From NCBI GenBank assembly GCA_963665665.1, contig OY762428.1, forward strand, positions 2,048,001-2,112,000: 64,000 bases of DNA, written 5' to 3'. Each line of letters starts with the position of its first letter. Positions within the stretch are counted from its first letter, which is position 1. Made by a program: the position numbers and the translations under genes. This DNA is from Candidatus Kapaibacterium sp. (GTDB taxonomy: Bacteria > Bacteroidota > Ignavibacteria > Kapaibacteriales > UBA2268). Shown here in pieces: positions 1 to 9,438 of the stretch. The notes under the pieces are model-generated. The model saw only the letters and a list, made by a program, of their open reading frames with translations, was not told the origin of the DNA and did not search any database.

Positions 1-418
1 CGGCTCCCACGGGTTTTCCTATTAATATATCCATAACAATCCGGCTTCCCTGCCAAACTTTCAGCTTTATTGCCGAAGAATCATCAAGATTGAATGCGTT
101 CTGTTTATCAGGGTTATCCGAGAGGATATTCTTTATTTTACTTTCGGAAATATGTTTCAACGCATTTTCAACTTTGGAAACTGCTGCCGGGTATCTGATC
201 GGGAATGAAACAAACCATTCCCCGGTATGTTTTTCAAGAGTAATTTTGCCCTGGAAATTTTCAAATTCAATCCTGCTGATTGCAGCGCTGTCAATTTTAG
301 CAAGTTGTTTTCTTTTACTCAAATCTTTGTTTTTTTCCCCCGGCTTTTGCATTATATAATAAGCTGCAAATAACAGGGCTGCAAAAACTGATAGCAATAC
401 AATTGTTTTCCTGCTCAT
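1..418 (-). CDS. DUF4340-like membrane-anchored protein (partial, runs off window start)
   Basis: Manual translation from ATG at 418 is open to the window edge: MSRKTIVLLSVFAALLFAAYYIMQKPGEK...IDSAAISRIEF...LEKHTGEWFVSFPIRYPA...LIGK. It has an N-terminal TM helix and DUF4340-like motifs. Confidence 0.7.
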   Translation of the reverse strand, partial: MSRKTIVLLSVFAALLFAAYYIMQKPGEKNKDLSKRKQLAKIDSAAISRIEFENFQGKITLEKHTGEWFVSFPIRYPAAVSKVENALKHISESKIKNILSDNPDKQNAFNLDDSSAIKLKVWQGSRIVMDILIGKPVGA

Positions 419-729
419 TTAATAATCCCGATGATAGTTGCTTCAAAATCATTACTCATAAATTACGCAATGATTTCCAGGATATGAAACATATTCTGAT
501 ATTATAATTGGTGATGGAAATTACTGCTACCTAAATTCGAAGCCATCATTTATTTATTCTATCCAACAATAACGTTTCTCTTAGTACAGCCTGAGGGTGA
601 ATTTATTGAACGTTTGGCATTTCAAAGCAATTTACTATTAAACCGCTACATTGTTAATTAAATGTTTTGAAGTATAATTTTTGCAAATTTCCCACAATAC
701 ATTTTTATATTCTTATGATAAGTTAAGTT

Positions 730-1095
730 CTATTTATATAACCAATCTATTGCTGCTTTGTAATCTGAAGTAAAAAACATGAATAAGCCTTGATTATTCG
801 TTACTGTTTCATAAAAATCTAAATTGTCAAGTTCATTTATATCAACTAAAATCGCAACTTGAGCAACTTTTGGTGCTGCTTTTCTTGTTTCTGTTGCAAA
901 CAATACCGTATCAACAACTCCAAGTTCGTGTCTTAAGTGTTGTTCATCACATAGTATTTTTTTGCTTTTATATTTAAGAGCCGCTTCGATAATTGCTTTA
1001 GCATAATCTAAAGTTTCTTCCATATCATCTGCAATACCAAATGCAAAAACTTTTAATAGCTCTTTTTCAGTTTCAAATTTGTATTTGATTGACAT
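730..1095 (-). CDS. small hypothetical protein, SpoIIAA/STAS-like fold suspected
   Basis: ORF 730..1158; likely ATG at 1095 (MSIKYKF). The C-terminal 'FTSDYKAAIDWL' resembles SpoIIAA-like proteins. AT-rich. Confidence 0.55.
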   Translation of the reverse strand: MSIKYKFETEKELLKVFAFGIADDMEETLDYAKAIIEAALKYKSKKILCDEQHLRHELGVVDTVLFATETRKAAPKVAQVAILVDINELDNLDFYETVTNNQGLFMFFTSDYKAAIDWLYK

Positions 1096-1616
1096 TTTAT
1101 TATTCCTTTTATTAGTTTGAGAATTTTGTACTACACTAAAAATAAAACCAATATACAAAATATAGTTGAAAATATCGGTTTATCATGGCAGTTACAGCAA
1201 TACGAATTCAAGCTGCAAGCCTTGAATTTACTACTGCCCCGGCTATTGTGTTTATACACTGTTAGCTACAGGCATTAATTCTTTTCATTTATTTTCTGAA
1301 AAGTCAAATTTCAAGAAGTGTAATATTCTCTTTCAACTACGCAGTCTCTTGTTAAGGAATATGTAAATAAATTTTTTCCATCTGAGTATTATATTATTTT
1401 GCACAATGAATGATAAATAACAGAATACAATCATGAAGGTTAGAATGCCGAAAAGTTCCTTTTCTGAAAAAAGCAGATTAAAAATATATTGAAACTATAT
1501 ACTGAATTTAAAGAATAGACAATAGGCCGGGAATTTATTTATTTATTGAATAACGCTAAAGACGCTCCTATTTCGTATTTTTGTACAGTATATAAAAGAA
1601 CATAGAAAATTTAGTT

Positions 1617-2510
1617 ATGGATGATTACCGAAAATACCTGCAGCCGGACACAATAGCAAGGCTGAAAAATATTGAATTGAAAGCAAGAATGGTTGTTGAA
1701 GGATTTATTACCGGGCTGCACAAATCGCCTTATCACGGATTCAGCGTTGAATTTGCCGAACACAGGCCGTATAATCCGGGCGACCCGATAAGATATCTGG
1801 ACTGGAAGGTTTATGGCCGCTCAGATAAATTTTATATAAAGCAGTTCGAGGAGGAAACCAACCTTCGTTCTGTTATTGCGCTTGATTCCAGCGCTTCAAT
1901 GAAATACGCGTCAAAAGGTAATATCAGCAAGTACGAATACTCTTCCTACCTTGCTGCTGCCATATCCTACCTTTTAATAAAACAAAGAGATGCCGCCGGC
2001 CTGGCTTTATATGATACTGATATTAAAAGATACCTGCCCCCGAATTCCAGGCAGAGTTTTATCAGCGAAATATTGAAAGCTATAGCTGGCAATGAACCGG
2101 AAAATGAAACCGGGACTGCAAAAGCCCTTGACCTGCTGGCAGAAAGAATTAACCGCAGAGGGCTGGTTGTGATTATCAGTGACTTCTTCGACGAAACCGA
2201 TTCAATAATGCAGGCTTTAAAACATTTCAGGCATAAAAAGCACGAGGTTATTGTATTCCAGGTACTTGATCCGAGAGAAGTTGATTTCAAACTTGGTAGC
2301 GGTGCTAATTTCAGGGATATGGAAACAGGCGAGGAAATGATCACTCAGCCACATCAGCTGCGAAAAGTGTATCACGAAACAATGCAGGATTTTATCGAGA
2401 CGATTAAATCAGCCTGCTATGCGAACCATATAGACTATCACCTGATTGATACTTCAATGCCTTTCGACAGGGCAATGAAAGAATTTATTATCAAAAGAAG
2501 CAGGGTATAA
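1617..2510 (+). CDS. DUF58 domain protein (vWA-like, MoxR-associated family)
   Basis: Signature G.H.S...G.S.EF.EHR.Y.PGD..R.LDWK.YGR; also LDSSASM and IISDF. Confidence 0.92.
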   Translation: MDDYRKYLQPDTIARLKNIELKARMVVEGFITGLHKSPYHGFSVEFAEHRPYNPGDPIRYLDWKVYGRSDKFYIKQFEEETNLRSVIALDSSASMKYASKGNISKYEYSSYLAAAISYLLIKQRDAAGLALYDTDIKRYLPPNSRQSFISEILKAIAGNEPENETGTAKALDLLAERINRRGLVVIISDFFDETDSIMQALKHFRHKKHEVIVFQVLDPREVDFKLGSGANFRDMETGEEMITQPHQLRKVYHETMQDFIETIKSACYANHIDYHLIDTSMPFDRAMKEFIIKRSRV

Positions 2511-2555
2511 TAAATACAAAAGCTATTCAAATTTATAATGACAATTACAAGCAAT

Positions 2556-2580
2556 AAAAGCCCCGCTAAAAAGCGAGGCT
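2556..2580 (-). terminator. intrinsic terminator after rpmA (possibly bidirectional)
   Basis: On the minus strand AGCCTCGC-TTTTTA-GCGGGGCT is followed by TTTA; lies between convergent genes. Confidence 0.6.
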
Positions 2581-2618
2581 CTGCAAGTGGAATTTATCGT
2601 AAAAAAAAGTAAATACTT

Positions 2619-2876
2619 TTAATTAGACGGATAAACCGATATTCTGGTTTTTTCTCTTCCGTCATGCTCAAATTTTACCTGTCCATCTATCAGGCTGAAG
2701 ATTGTATAATCTTTGCCCAGGCCGACATTTTTGCCGGGATGGAATTTAGTGCCGCACTGGCGTACAATTATGTTCCCGGCTTTTACAATTTCGCCGCCGA
2801 ATCTTTTAACGCCGCGTCTCTGCGAGTTGGAATCGCGTCCGTTTTTTGACGAACCGCCACCCTTTTTATGAGCCAT
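2619..2876 (-). CDS. rpmA: 50S ribosomal protein L27
   Basis: [16 protein letters not shown]...[15 protein letters not shown] signature. Confidence 0.99.
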   Translation of the reverse strand: MAHKKGGGSSKNGRDSNSQRRGVKRFGGEIVKAGNIIVRQCGTKFHPGKNVGLGKDYTIFSLIDGQVKFEHDGREKTRISVYPSN

Positions 2877-2888
2877 AATTAAACCTCT

Positions 2889-3200
2889 CTATGAAATTGT
2901 AATATCTGTAATTTCAATTGTTGTGAAGTGCTGTTTATGGCCGTTAAGTTTTCTATAACCTTTGCGGCGTTTTTTGTGGAAAACAAGCACTTTATCACCC
3001 CTGCCATGCTCAATTATCTTTGCCTGCACGTTACCTTCAAGGTAGGGTGTGCCAATAACGGTATCTTCACCGTTTTTAGTCAGAAGTATGTTGTCGAATG
3101 CAACAGTATCGCCCGGCTCGCCCTGCAATGCCGGCACTGTTAATACATCATTTTTGCTTACTTCGAACTGTGTTCCTGCTATTTCTACTATTGCTAACAT
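2889..3200 (-). CDS. rplU: 50S ribosomal protein L21
   Basis: KVLVFHKKRRKGYRKLNGHKQ motif; adjacent to rpmA. Confidence 0.98.
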   Translation of the reverse strand: MLAIVEIAGTQFEVSKNDVLTVPALQGEPGDTVAFDNILLTKNGEDTVIGTPYLEGNVQAKIIEHGRGDKVLVFHKKRRKGYRKLNGHKQHFTTIEITDITIS

Positions 3201-3333
3201 TCGTGTTACCTTTTTTATAGCTATTTCAAGTTATCAATCATAAGAGCATTCAAATTAGCAAAACTTTTCCACATTTCCAAACAATAATTGATAGATATCT
3301 GAAAATATTGAAAGATTCACTACCTCGGTTTTC

Positions 3334-4602
3334 TTATGCTGATTTCGTTTTCAATTCAAAATCTGTTAAAACCAAAGGTTCAACGCCGTCCCTGATAGAT
3401 TCTGCCGTCACAACACAGCTTTTAACATCCGGCATATCCGGCAGGCTGAACATAATGGGAAGCATATTTTCTTCCATTATCGAACGCAAAGCCCTGGCGC
3501 CGGTTTTCCTTACCTGTGCCTTTTTCACGATTTCCTTCATGGCTTCTTCTTCAACTTGCAGTTCTACGCCTTCCATCAGGAAAAGTTTACGGTACTGCTT
3601 GATAAGAGCATTCTTCGGATCGACCAGGATACTCATCATTGCTTCATCGCTAAGCTGATCAAGCGGGGCAAATACCGGCATTCTTCCGATAAGCTCCGGA
3701 ATGAAACCGAATTTTAAAAGGTCTTCGGGTTCGGATTTTTTAAGAAGCTCGTAGCTTTCCTCAATATTTTCCTCTGCCTCGGCAGCAAATCCAATTGTTG
3801 AAGAACGCAGCCTTTGCTTTATAATTTTCTCAAGGCCGTCAAATGCACCGCCAAGAATAAACAGTATGTTTTTTGTATCGATATGGATAAGCGGCTGTTC
3901 CGGATGCTTTCTTCCTCCTTTCGGGGGTACGCCCGCAACTGTTCCTTCCAGAATTTTCAGCAATGCCTGCTGAACGCCTTCTCCTGAAACATCACGTGTA
4001 ATGCTTGTGGATTCGCTCTTGCGTCCTATTTTGTCAATCTCGTCGACGTAGATTATACCGCGCTCGGCCTGTTTCACGTTGTAGTTGGCATTCTGAAGCA
4101 GCTGCACAAGAATTGTTTCCACGTCGTCGCCCACATAACCGGCTTCAGTTATTGTAGTGGCGTCCGCGATAGCAAAAGGTACTTTCAGTATCTTGGCAAG
4201 AGTCCTTGCAAGAAGTGTTTTGCCGGTACCAGTTGGGCCAGCAAGCAGAATGTTTGATTTCTCGATCTCAACTTCTGCAAGATCGCCTTCCATTTCGCCG
4301 TGTTTAATCCTTTTATAATGGTTATAAACAGCTACGGAAAGAACTTTTTTCGCATAGTCCTGTCCGATAACATGCTCACTGAGCTTTTCCATTATTTCGG
4401 ATGGCTTTGGCAGCCTGCCGTCAAAATCCTTGTAAAGCTCCCTGTTCTCATTTTTCTTTATTATTTCCAGGGAACTATTCACGCATATATCACATATAAA
4501 CACATTGTTAGCTCCCTCGATAATGGTTGAAACTTCATTGGAAGTCCTTCCGCAAAAAGAGCATTTTATCTGGTCCCTGGTAAATTGGTTTCGCTTTGCC
4601 AT
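3334..4602 (-). CDS. clpX: ATP-dependent Clp protease ATP-binding subunit ClpX
   Basis: CSFCG zinc finger, GPTGTGKT Walker [23 protein letters not shown] loop. Confidence 0.99.
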   Translation of the reverse strand: MAKRNQFTRDQIKCSFCGRTSNEVSTIIEGANNVFICDICVNSSLEIIKKNENRELYKDFDGRLPKPSEIMEKLSEHVIGQDYAKKVLSVAVYNHYKRIKHGEMEGDLAEVEIEKSNILLAGPTGTGKTLLARTLAKILKVPFAIADATTITEAGYVGDDVETILVQLLQNANYNVKQAERGIIYVDEIDKIGRKSESTSITRDVSGEGVQQALLKILEGTVAGVPPKGGRKHPEQPLIHIDTKNILFILGGAFDGLEKIIKQRLRSSTIGFAAEAEENIEESYELLKKSEPEDLLKFGFIPELIGRMPVFAPLDQLSDEAMMSILVDPKNALIKQYRKLFLMEGVELQVEEEAMKEIVKKAQVRKTGARALRSIMEENMLPIMFSLPDMPDVKSCVVTAESIRDGVEPLVLTDFELKTKSA

Positions 4603-4632
4603 TATATTTTATCAAGTATTAAAATCACAATA

Positions 4633-5241
4633 TTATTTTTCTTCACTCATCTGCTGGGCGGTATCAATAACTTTATCAATTATACCGTATTCCATAGCAT
4701 CAGTCGGTGTCATGTAGTTGTCCCTGTCAGCATCTTTTTTGATCTTTTTCAGGTCCTTGCCGGTATGTTTGGCAATAATCTCAAAAAGCTGTTCCCTTGT
4801 TTTCAGCATCTGGCGCGTGTAAATTTCAATATCACTTGCCTGGCCCTGGGTGCCACCCAAAGGCTGATGCATCAGTATATTGGAATTCGGAAGTGAAAAA
4901 CGTTTACCGTTTGCTCCGGCACAAAGAAGTACCTGAGCCATTGATGCAGCCATGCCGATAGCTATTGTAGATACATCAGGTTTGATAAACTGCATGGTAT
5001 CGTATATAGCCAGCCCTGCAGATACAGAACCGCCCGGAGAATTAATATACAGGTGAATATCTTTGTTCGGATCCTCGCTTGTAAGGAAAAGAAGCTGCGC
5101 AATTACAAGGCTCGAAAGCTGATCGTCAATCGGCGATCCGATAATAATGATCCTGTCTTTCAAAAGTCGGGAGTAAATATCATAAGAGCGTTCGCCCCTG
5201 CTTGTCTGTTCAACTACTATCGGTACCAGGTGATTATTCAT
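4633..5241 (-). CDS. clpP: Clp protease proteolytic subunit
   Basis: [30 protein letters not shown]. Confidence 0.99.
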   Translation of the reverse strand: MNNHLVPIVVEQTSRGERSYDIYSRLLKDRIIIIGSPIDDQLSSLVIAQLLFLTSEDPNKDIHLYINSPGGSVSAGLAIYDTMQFIKPDVSTIAIGMAASMAQVLLCAGANGKRFSLPNSNILMHQPLGGTQGQASDIEIYTRQMLKTREQLFEIIAKHTGKDLKKIKKDADRDNYMTPTDAMEYGIIDKVIDTAQQMSEEK

Positions 5242-5406
5242 GTTTTTATCCTTATTCTTTTTAATATTAAAACAATCAAATCAATTAACGAATCATTTAA
5301 TTGTATCTTTTATCGAAGTTCGTTCTACTTCCTATTAATAAATCAACCCCGCTAATGCGAGGTTGAGTGTTTAATTTTTTTGATGTCTGCCCGGGAAGAG
5401 AAAATG

Positions 5407-6789
5407 TTATTCTTTTTCCTCTTTTTCTTCACCCTCGTCAACATCATTTTCTTGCACATCTTCAACCTCGACATCCTCATGATCGTGATCTTCATCATGG
5501 TCATGGTCGTGACCCTTGTGTTCAAGTTCTTCAAATGTGATTTCGTTTGTTTCAACAAAGTCCATCAAAAAGTCCATGAGTTTTTTATTAAGAATATTCA
5601 TAACAAAGTTCTCATTCTGCATAAGCCTTTGTTTGAATGTATCCTTATCTGTTTTATATTTTTCAGCTTCAGTTGCAACTATCGGGTCGATATCATGATC
5701 CTCGACTTTTATCTCTTCTTTTTTAACGATTGCAGTGCGGATCATTTCCCATTTAACCTGTTTTTCTGCCATCGGAACAAGGTCGTGTCCCATCATTTCA
5801 TAGGTTATCTGATCCATTCCCGGCTGGTTTGAATATTTTTTCTTGATATCTTCGAACATAGCTTTACCAACCTGGTCAACGATTGACTTGGGAAGCGGGA
5901 AGTCATGTGCATCAACAAATTTATCCACAAGGTCATCTTCCATTGCACGGCGGGCTTTTTCGTCCCATTGTTCCTGGATCTGGAAGGAAATTTCTTCTCT
6001 TAGTTCTTCAGTAGTTGTAAATTTACCTTTTGTATATTTCTCAGCAAATTCATTTGACCATTCTGCCGGAACCAATTCCCTGATACCAAATACTTCAACT
6101 TCAAATTCCTGGTCTGGAGCATGAGTATCGTCTTTGCTCGGGTTAATCCTGAATTTATCGCCTGTGTGTTTGTTCAGAAGATTTTCTTTAAGAACCGGAA
6201 GGACTGTTTCATTGGCAAGATAAACAGTTGTTTCTTCTTCTTTTGCGTCGCCAATAAGAATCATACCAGATTCGGGATCAATTTTTCTGATCTTGATATC
6301 AACAAGGTACTGATCGTTTTTAACTTCAGTATCTTCTTTCATTTCTCCGTTGTTCCGGCAAACATTTTCAACTTCTTTATCGATTTCTTCTTCGTCAACA
6401 ACGTGAACCGGTTCGTCAACTACTATAGATGAATAATCTACAAGATCAATTTCCGGGAACTGGTCGTAACGGACATGATAATCTACGCCGTCATCAGTTT
6501 TATTAATATCCATCAGTCTTGGTTCGCCGATCATGTGAATCTGGTCTTCCTGGAGAATTTTATTAAATTCTTCGGTTACGATATCCTGGTCAGCTTCAAG
6601 CCTGATCTGTTTTCCGAAAAGCTTTTTAACTGTGTTCAGCGGAACTTTTCCTTTTCTGAAGCCCTGTAGGTCGATATGAGGCCTGGCTTTTTTATAGGCT
6701 TTTTCGTAATGAGGTTCCAGTTCTTCATTGCCGAGTTTCAATATCATTTCGTACTCGCAACCCTCAACTAATTTAATTTCCTTTTCCAC
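5407..6789 (-). CDS. tig: trigger factor
   Basis: GFRKGKVP ribosome-binding motif; tig-clpP-clpX synteny; GTG start; His/acidic tail. Confidence 0.95.
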   Translation of the reverse strand: MEKEIKLVEGCEYEMILKLGNEELEPHYEKAYKKARPHIDLQGFRKGKVPLNTVKKLFGKQIRLEADQDIVTEEFNKILQEDQIHMIGEPRLMDINKTDDGVDYHVRYDQFPEIDLVDYSSIVVDEPVHVVDEEEIDKEVENVCRNNGEMKEDTEVKNDQYLVDIKIRKIDPESGMILIGDAKEEETTVYLANETVLPVLKENLLNKHTGDKFRINPSKDDTHAPDQEFEVEVFGIRELVPAEWSNEFAEKYTKGKFTTTEELREEISFQIQEQWDEKARRAMEDDLVDKFVDAHDFPLPKSIVDQVGKAMFEDIKKKYSNQPGMDQITYEMMGHDLVPMAEKQVKWEMIRTAIVKKEEIKVEDHDIDPIVATEAEKYKTDKDTFKQRLMQNENFVMNILNKKLMDFLMDFVETNEITFEELEHKGHDHDHDEDHDHEDVEVEDVQENDVDEGEEKEEKE

Positions 6790-6828
6790 AGCTAAATCCC
6801 TTGTAAATTATAAGTGTTAAAAATATTG

Positions 6829-6911
6829 TGCGGACGGGGAGAGTCGAACTCCCACGTCCTAAGGACACTAGATCCTAAGTCTAGCGCGTCTGCCAATTCC
6901 GCCACGTCCGC
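6829..6911 (-). tRNA. tRNA-Leu (anticodon TAG)
   Basis: Reverse complement GCGGACGTGGCGGAATTGGCAGACGCG-CTAGA-CTTAGGA-TCTAG-(variable arm)-GGGAGTTCGACTCTCCCCGTCCGCA folds as a cloverleaf; CCA not encoded; usual position upstream of tig. Confidence 0.97.
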
Positions 6912-7421
6912 AAAGTACAGAATACAAATATACGGGTATTTTTCAAATTAACAAACATAATTTTCAAGTGATTAGAAATATTTCCACAAAATACTAATGC
7001 TTATAAATAAATACCCTGCCGAAGAGGTCTTGTTCTTTCGGCCAACTTCAGCTATCAGTTCAGATAATTGCAGGAAGCTCTTTTTAAATCAGGTTATCAG
7101 GCGGATCACACTCCGGTATTACTGCCATTTATTATCCGGAAGTTTTATTAAAAATATTTTCATTAGCCCGGAATTTTGAAGTTAAGCATTGCTCCAAAAT
7201 TGTTTTCCGGATCTATCTTATTGTATAATATATGCAGCCCAAAATCAGGTTTTTGAATATATTAACATTCAATCTAAAAAACATGGTTTTTAATTATTAA
7301 CATTTTTATATATATTGTATCGTTGATTTAGGATTCAAAACGTTCGGAATATTATCATAGTTTGCATTCAATAAAGCCGGCCCGGGATGATGTTGATTTT
7401 TAATAATCATCAGGTAGCAAA

Positions 7422-9374
7422 ATGAAGATGAAAAATTTCCTGAAACTCTTAACGAAATCTGATAAAGAATCTATGCTTAAAGTGATTCTGATTCTTGTAG
7501 CTGTAAGTTTATCCGGATGCTACATGAAAACCACGCTGCCTAAGACAATCGATTGTCCTCCGCCCGAGCAGGATTGCAGGCCCGGAGACTGGAGCGGTAT
7601 GCCATTCGATACTTCGAAGACAAGCGCTGACATAAAGGGGTGGTACTGGGCAATTGAAAACGTGAAGCAGATAAATTCTCCTGATGACGAATGGGGCTTT
7701 TCGTTCATAGATAATAAGCTGGCAGCCATGACTTATTCTGATTTCGACAGGCAGAATATGCTTATTGCAAGAATGATCAGGCCCGATAAATTCGGAATGG
7801 AATCAGGTATGTATATTCCTAAAGCAGGGCATATCGGGGCAATAAGCCTGAGAGGTAATAAAGCTGTGCTTGCTTCCGTCAGGACCGAGGAAGATTATCT
7901 TGACGATGCCAGCGAGGAGGAACTTGAGGAATTTTACAGCCGGAAAGCACAGGAAAATTCGGAGAATGAATTGCTCCAGGTTGTTCCTTATGATTATCTG
8001 GTAGGGAACTCGGATCTATATTCAGCAAATTTCGAAGGGAACCAGTTAAAGAATATTGTTTCGCTCGGAGATAAAATCCATTATGATTACCAGACATGGG
8101 AATCACACCCGGCTTTATCACCAGACGGAAATGTTATATTATTTTCATCGGACAGGCCGGGAGGATATGGCGGAACTGACATCTGGATGCTGTTCAGGGG
8201 AAAAAACGGCGACTGGAGCGAACCAGTTAATGCCGGTGCTTCGATAAACACAAAATGTGACGAAATTACACCATTTATTACTTCCGACGGAAAACGCCTG
8301 TTGTATTCCTCTTCCGGCGGTGAAACTGTTGGCGGTTATGATATTTATGAAGCAAAAATCGTAAATGAATTATGGGCCGATGCCGGAGCAGGATTAAAAG
8401 ATAAAACTTCGAATATTGATTATTTTACTTCAATACGGAATATTGGCGCGCCACTTAATACTGAGGCTGATGAATTATTTCCTTCATCACCTGCTGATCC
8501 CGATTCGATACTTTATTACAGTTCGAACCAGAATCAGGGCCGTACTTCAATTATATTAATGCGTGGAGGTTTCGACATATTTGTCCGTTACCGCAAATAT
8601 CCACCTGAATATCTTGCAAAGCAGAAAAGGAAAGAAAGTGAAGTCGGTATTGATCTCGGACTGGCCGACCTTCCCGAAGAGCAGTTAGAAGATCCTGATA
8701 TTGACTATATTCCTTTCTTTGAGCTTAAAGGTACGGTAGTTAATGCCGAGACAAAACAGCCGGTTGAAAATGCCTCGGTTATTATTGCCGAACTGCCTTC
8801 AAAAGAAGTGAAGGAAGAAAAGGTTACTGATGAAGCCGGAGCTTATTCCGTTAAGCTGGAAAAGGGCCGCGAATTTGAAGTTACCGCCCAGGGCAAGGAT
8901 CTTTTCTACGATTCCTTCAAATTGAACGTGGCAAAAGAAGATACCGTAACCGAGATAGTAAGGGATGTTATCCTGCCGCTGAAGATGGAACTCAGGGTAA
9001 ATTTCCCACTGGATAACCATACAGATCCATACAAGTACGTTCTGGACAGCAATGGTGTGGAAACTAACCGCACCTGGCAGCAGGAACTTGATAAACTGGC
9101 AGATAATATAAAATTGTCAATGAAAAACCTTGAAAAAATTATTCTGGTAGGTAATACTGATTATCTTGCCAGTGTCAGCTATAATAATAAGCTCGGCCAA
9201 AGGCGAGTTGATTTTGTAATCAGGGAACTGATAAAAAGGGGAGTTCCGGAAGACATCCTTGAAGGACGTTCCGCAGGTGAACTGGAACCATTGCCTAAAC
9301 GACCAGGTGAAAACGAGAAAATGTATCGCAAGCGTTTAAGAAGAGTGACTTTGGAAAAGGTGCTGAAGAGTTAG
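7422..9374 (+). CDS. lipoprotein with PD40 (TolB-like) repeats, carboxypeptidase-regulatory-like domain and C-terminal OmpA-like domain (PorE-like architecture)
   Basis: Lipobox LSGC; HPALSPDG..LFSSDRPGGYGGTDIW; G.TD...YN..LG.RR OmpA motif. True start may be ~7473. Confidence 0.85.
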   Translation: MKMKNFLKLLTKSDKESMLKVILILVAVSLSGCYMKTTLPKTIDCPPPEQDCRPGDWSGMPFDTSKTSADIKGWYWAIENVKQINSPDDEWGFSFIDNKLAAMTYSDFDRQNMLIARMIRPDKFGMESGMYIPKAGHIGAISLRGNKAVLASVRTEEDYLDDASEEELEEFYSRKAQENSENELLQVVPYDYLVGNSDLYSANFEGNQLKNIVSLGDKIHYDYQTWESHPALSPDGNVILFSSDRPGGYGGTDIWMLFRGKNGDWSEPVNAGASINTKCDEITPFITSDGKRLLYSSSGGETVGGYDIYEAKIVNELWADAGAGLKDKTSNIDYFTSIRNIGAPLNTEADELFPSSPADPDSILYYSSNQNQGRTSIILMRGGFDIFVRYRKYPPEYLAKQKRKESEVGIDLGLADLPEEQLEDPDIDYIPFFELKGTVVNAETKQPVENASVIIAELPSKEVKEEKVTDEAGAYSVKLEKGREFEVTAQGKDLFYDSFKLNVAKEDTVTEIVRDVILPLKMELRVNFPLDNHTDPYKYVLDSNGVETNRTWQQELDKLADNIKLSMKNLEKIILVGNTDYLASVSYNNKLGQRRVDFVIRELIKRGVPEDILEGRSAGELEPLPKRPGENEKMYRKRLRRVTLEKVLKS

Positions 9375-9438
9375 CGATTTTTTTTAATAAACGAAACCAT
9401 AAACTTAGGAAAAGTGATAAAAAAGGGATTATAAGAAA

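Noticed and set aside
90-359. 89-aa plus-strand ORF
   Set aside because: Antisense shadow of the minus-strand DUF4340-like gene starting at 418.
1617-2510. DUF58 gene without adjacent MoxR ATPase as a novel system
   Set aside because: Partners may be encoded elsewhere in the genome; nothing else unusual here.
3308-6669. Numerous plus-strand ORFs over clpX/clpP/tig (and similar ones over murE, prfA, PBP1A)
   Set aside because: Antisense or alternate-frame shadows of well-conserved genes, with no recognisable motifs.
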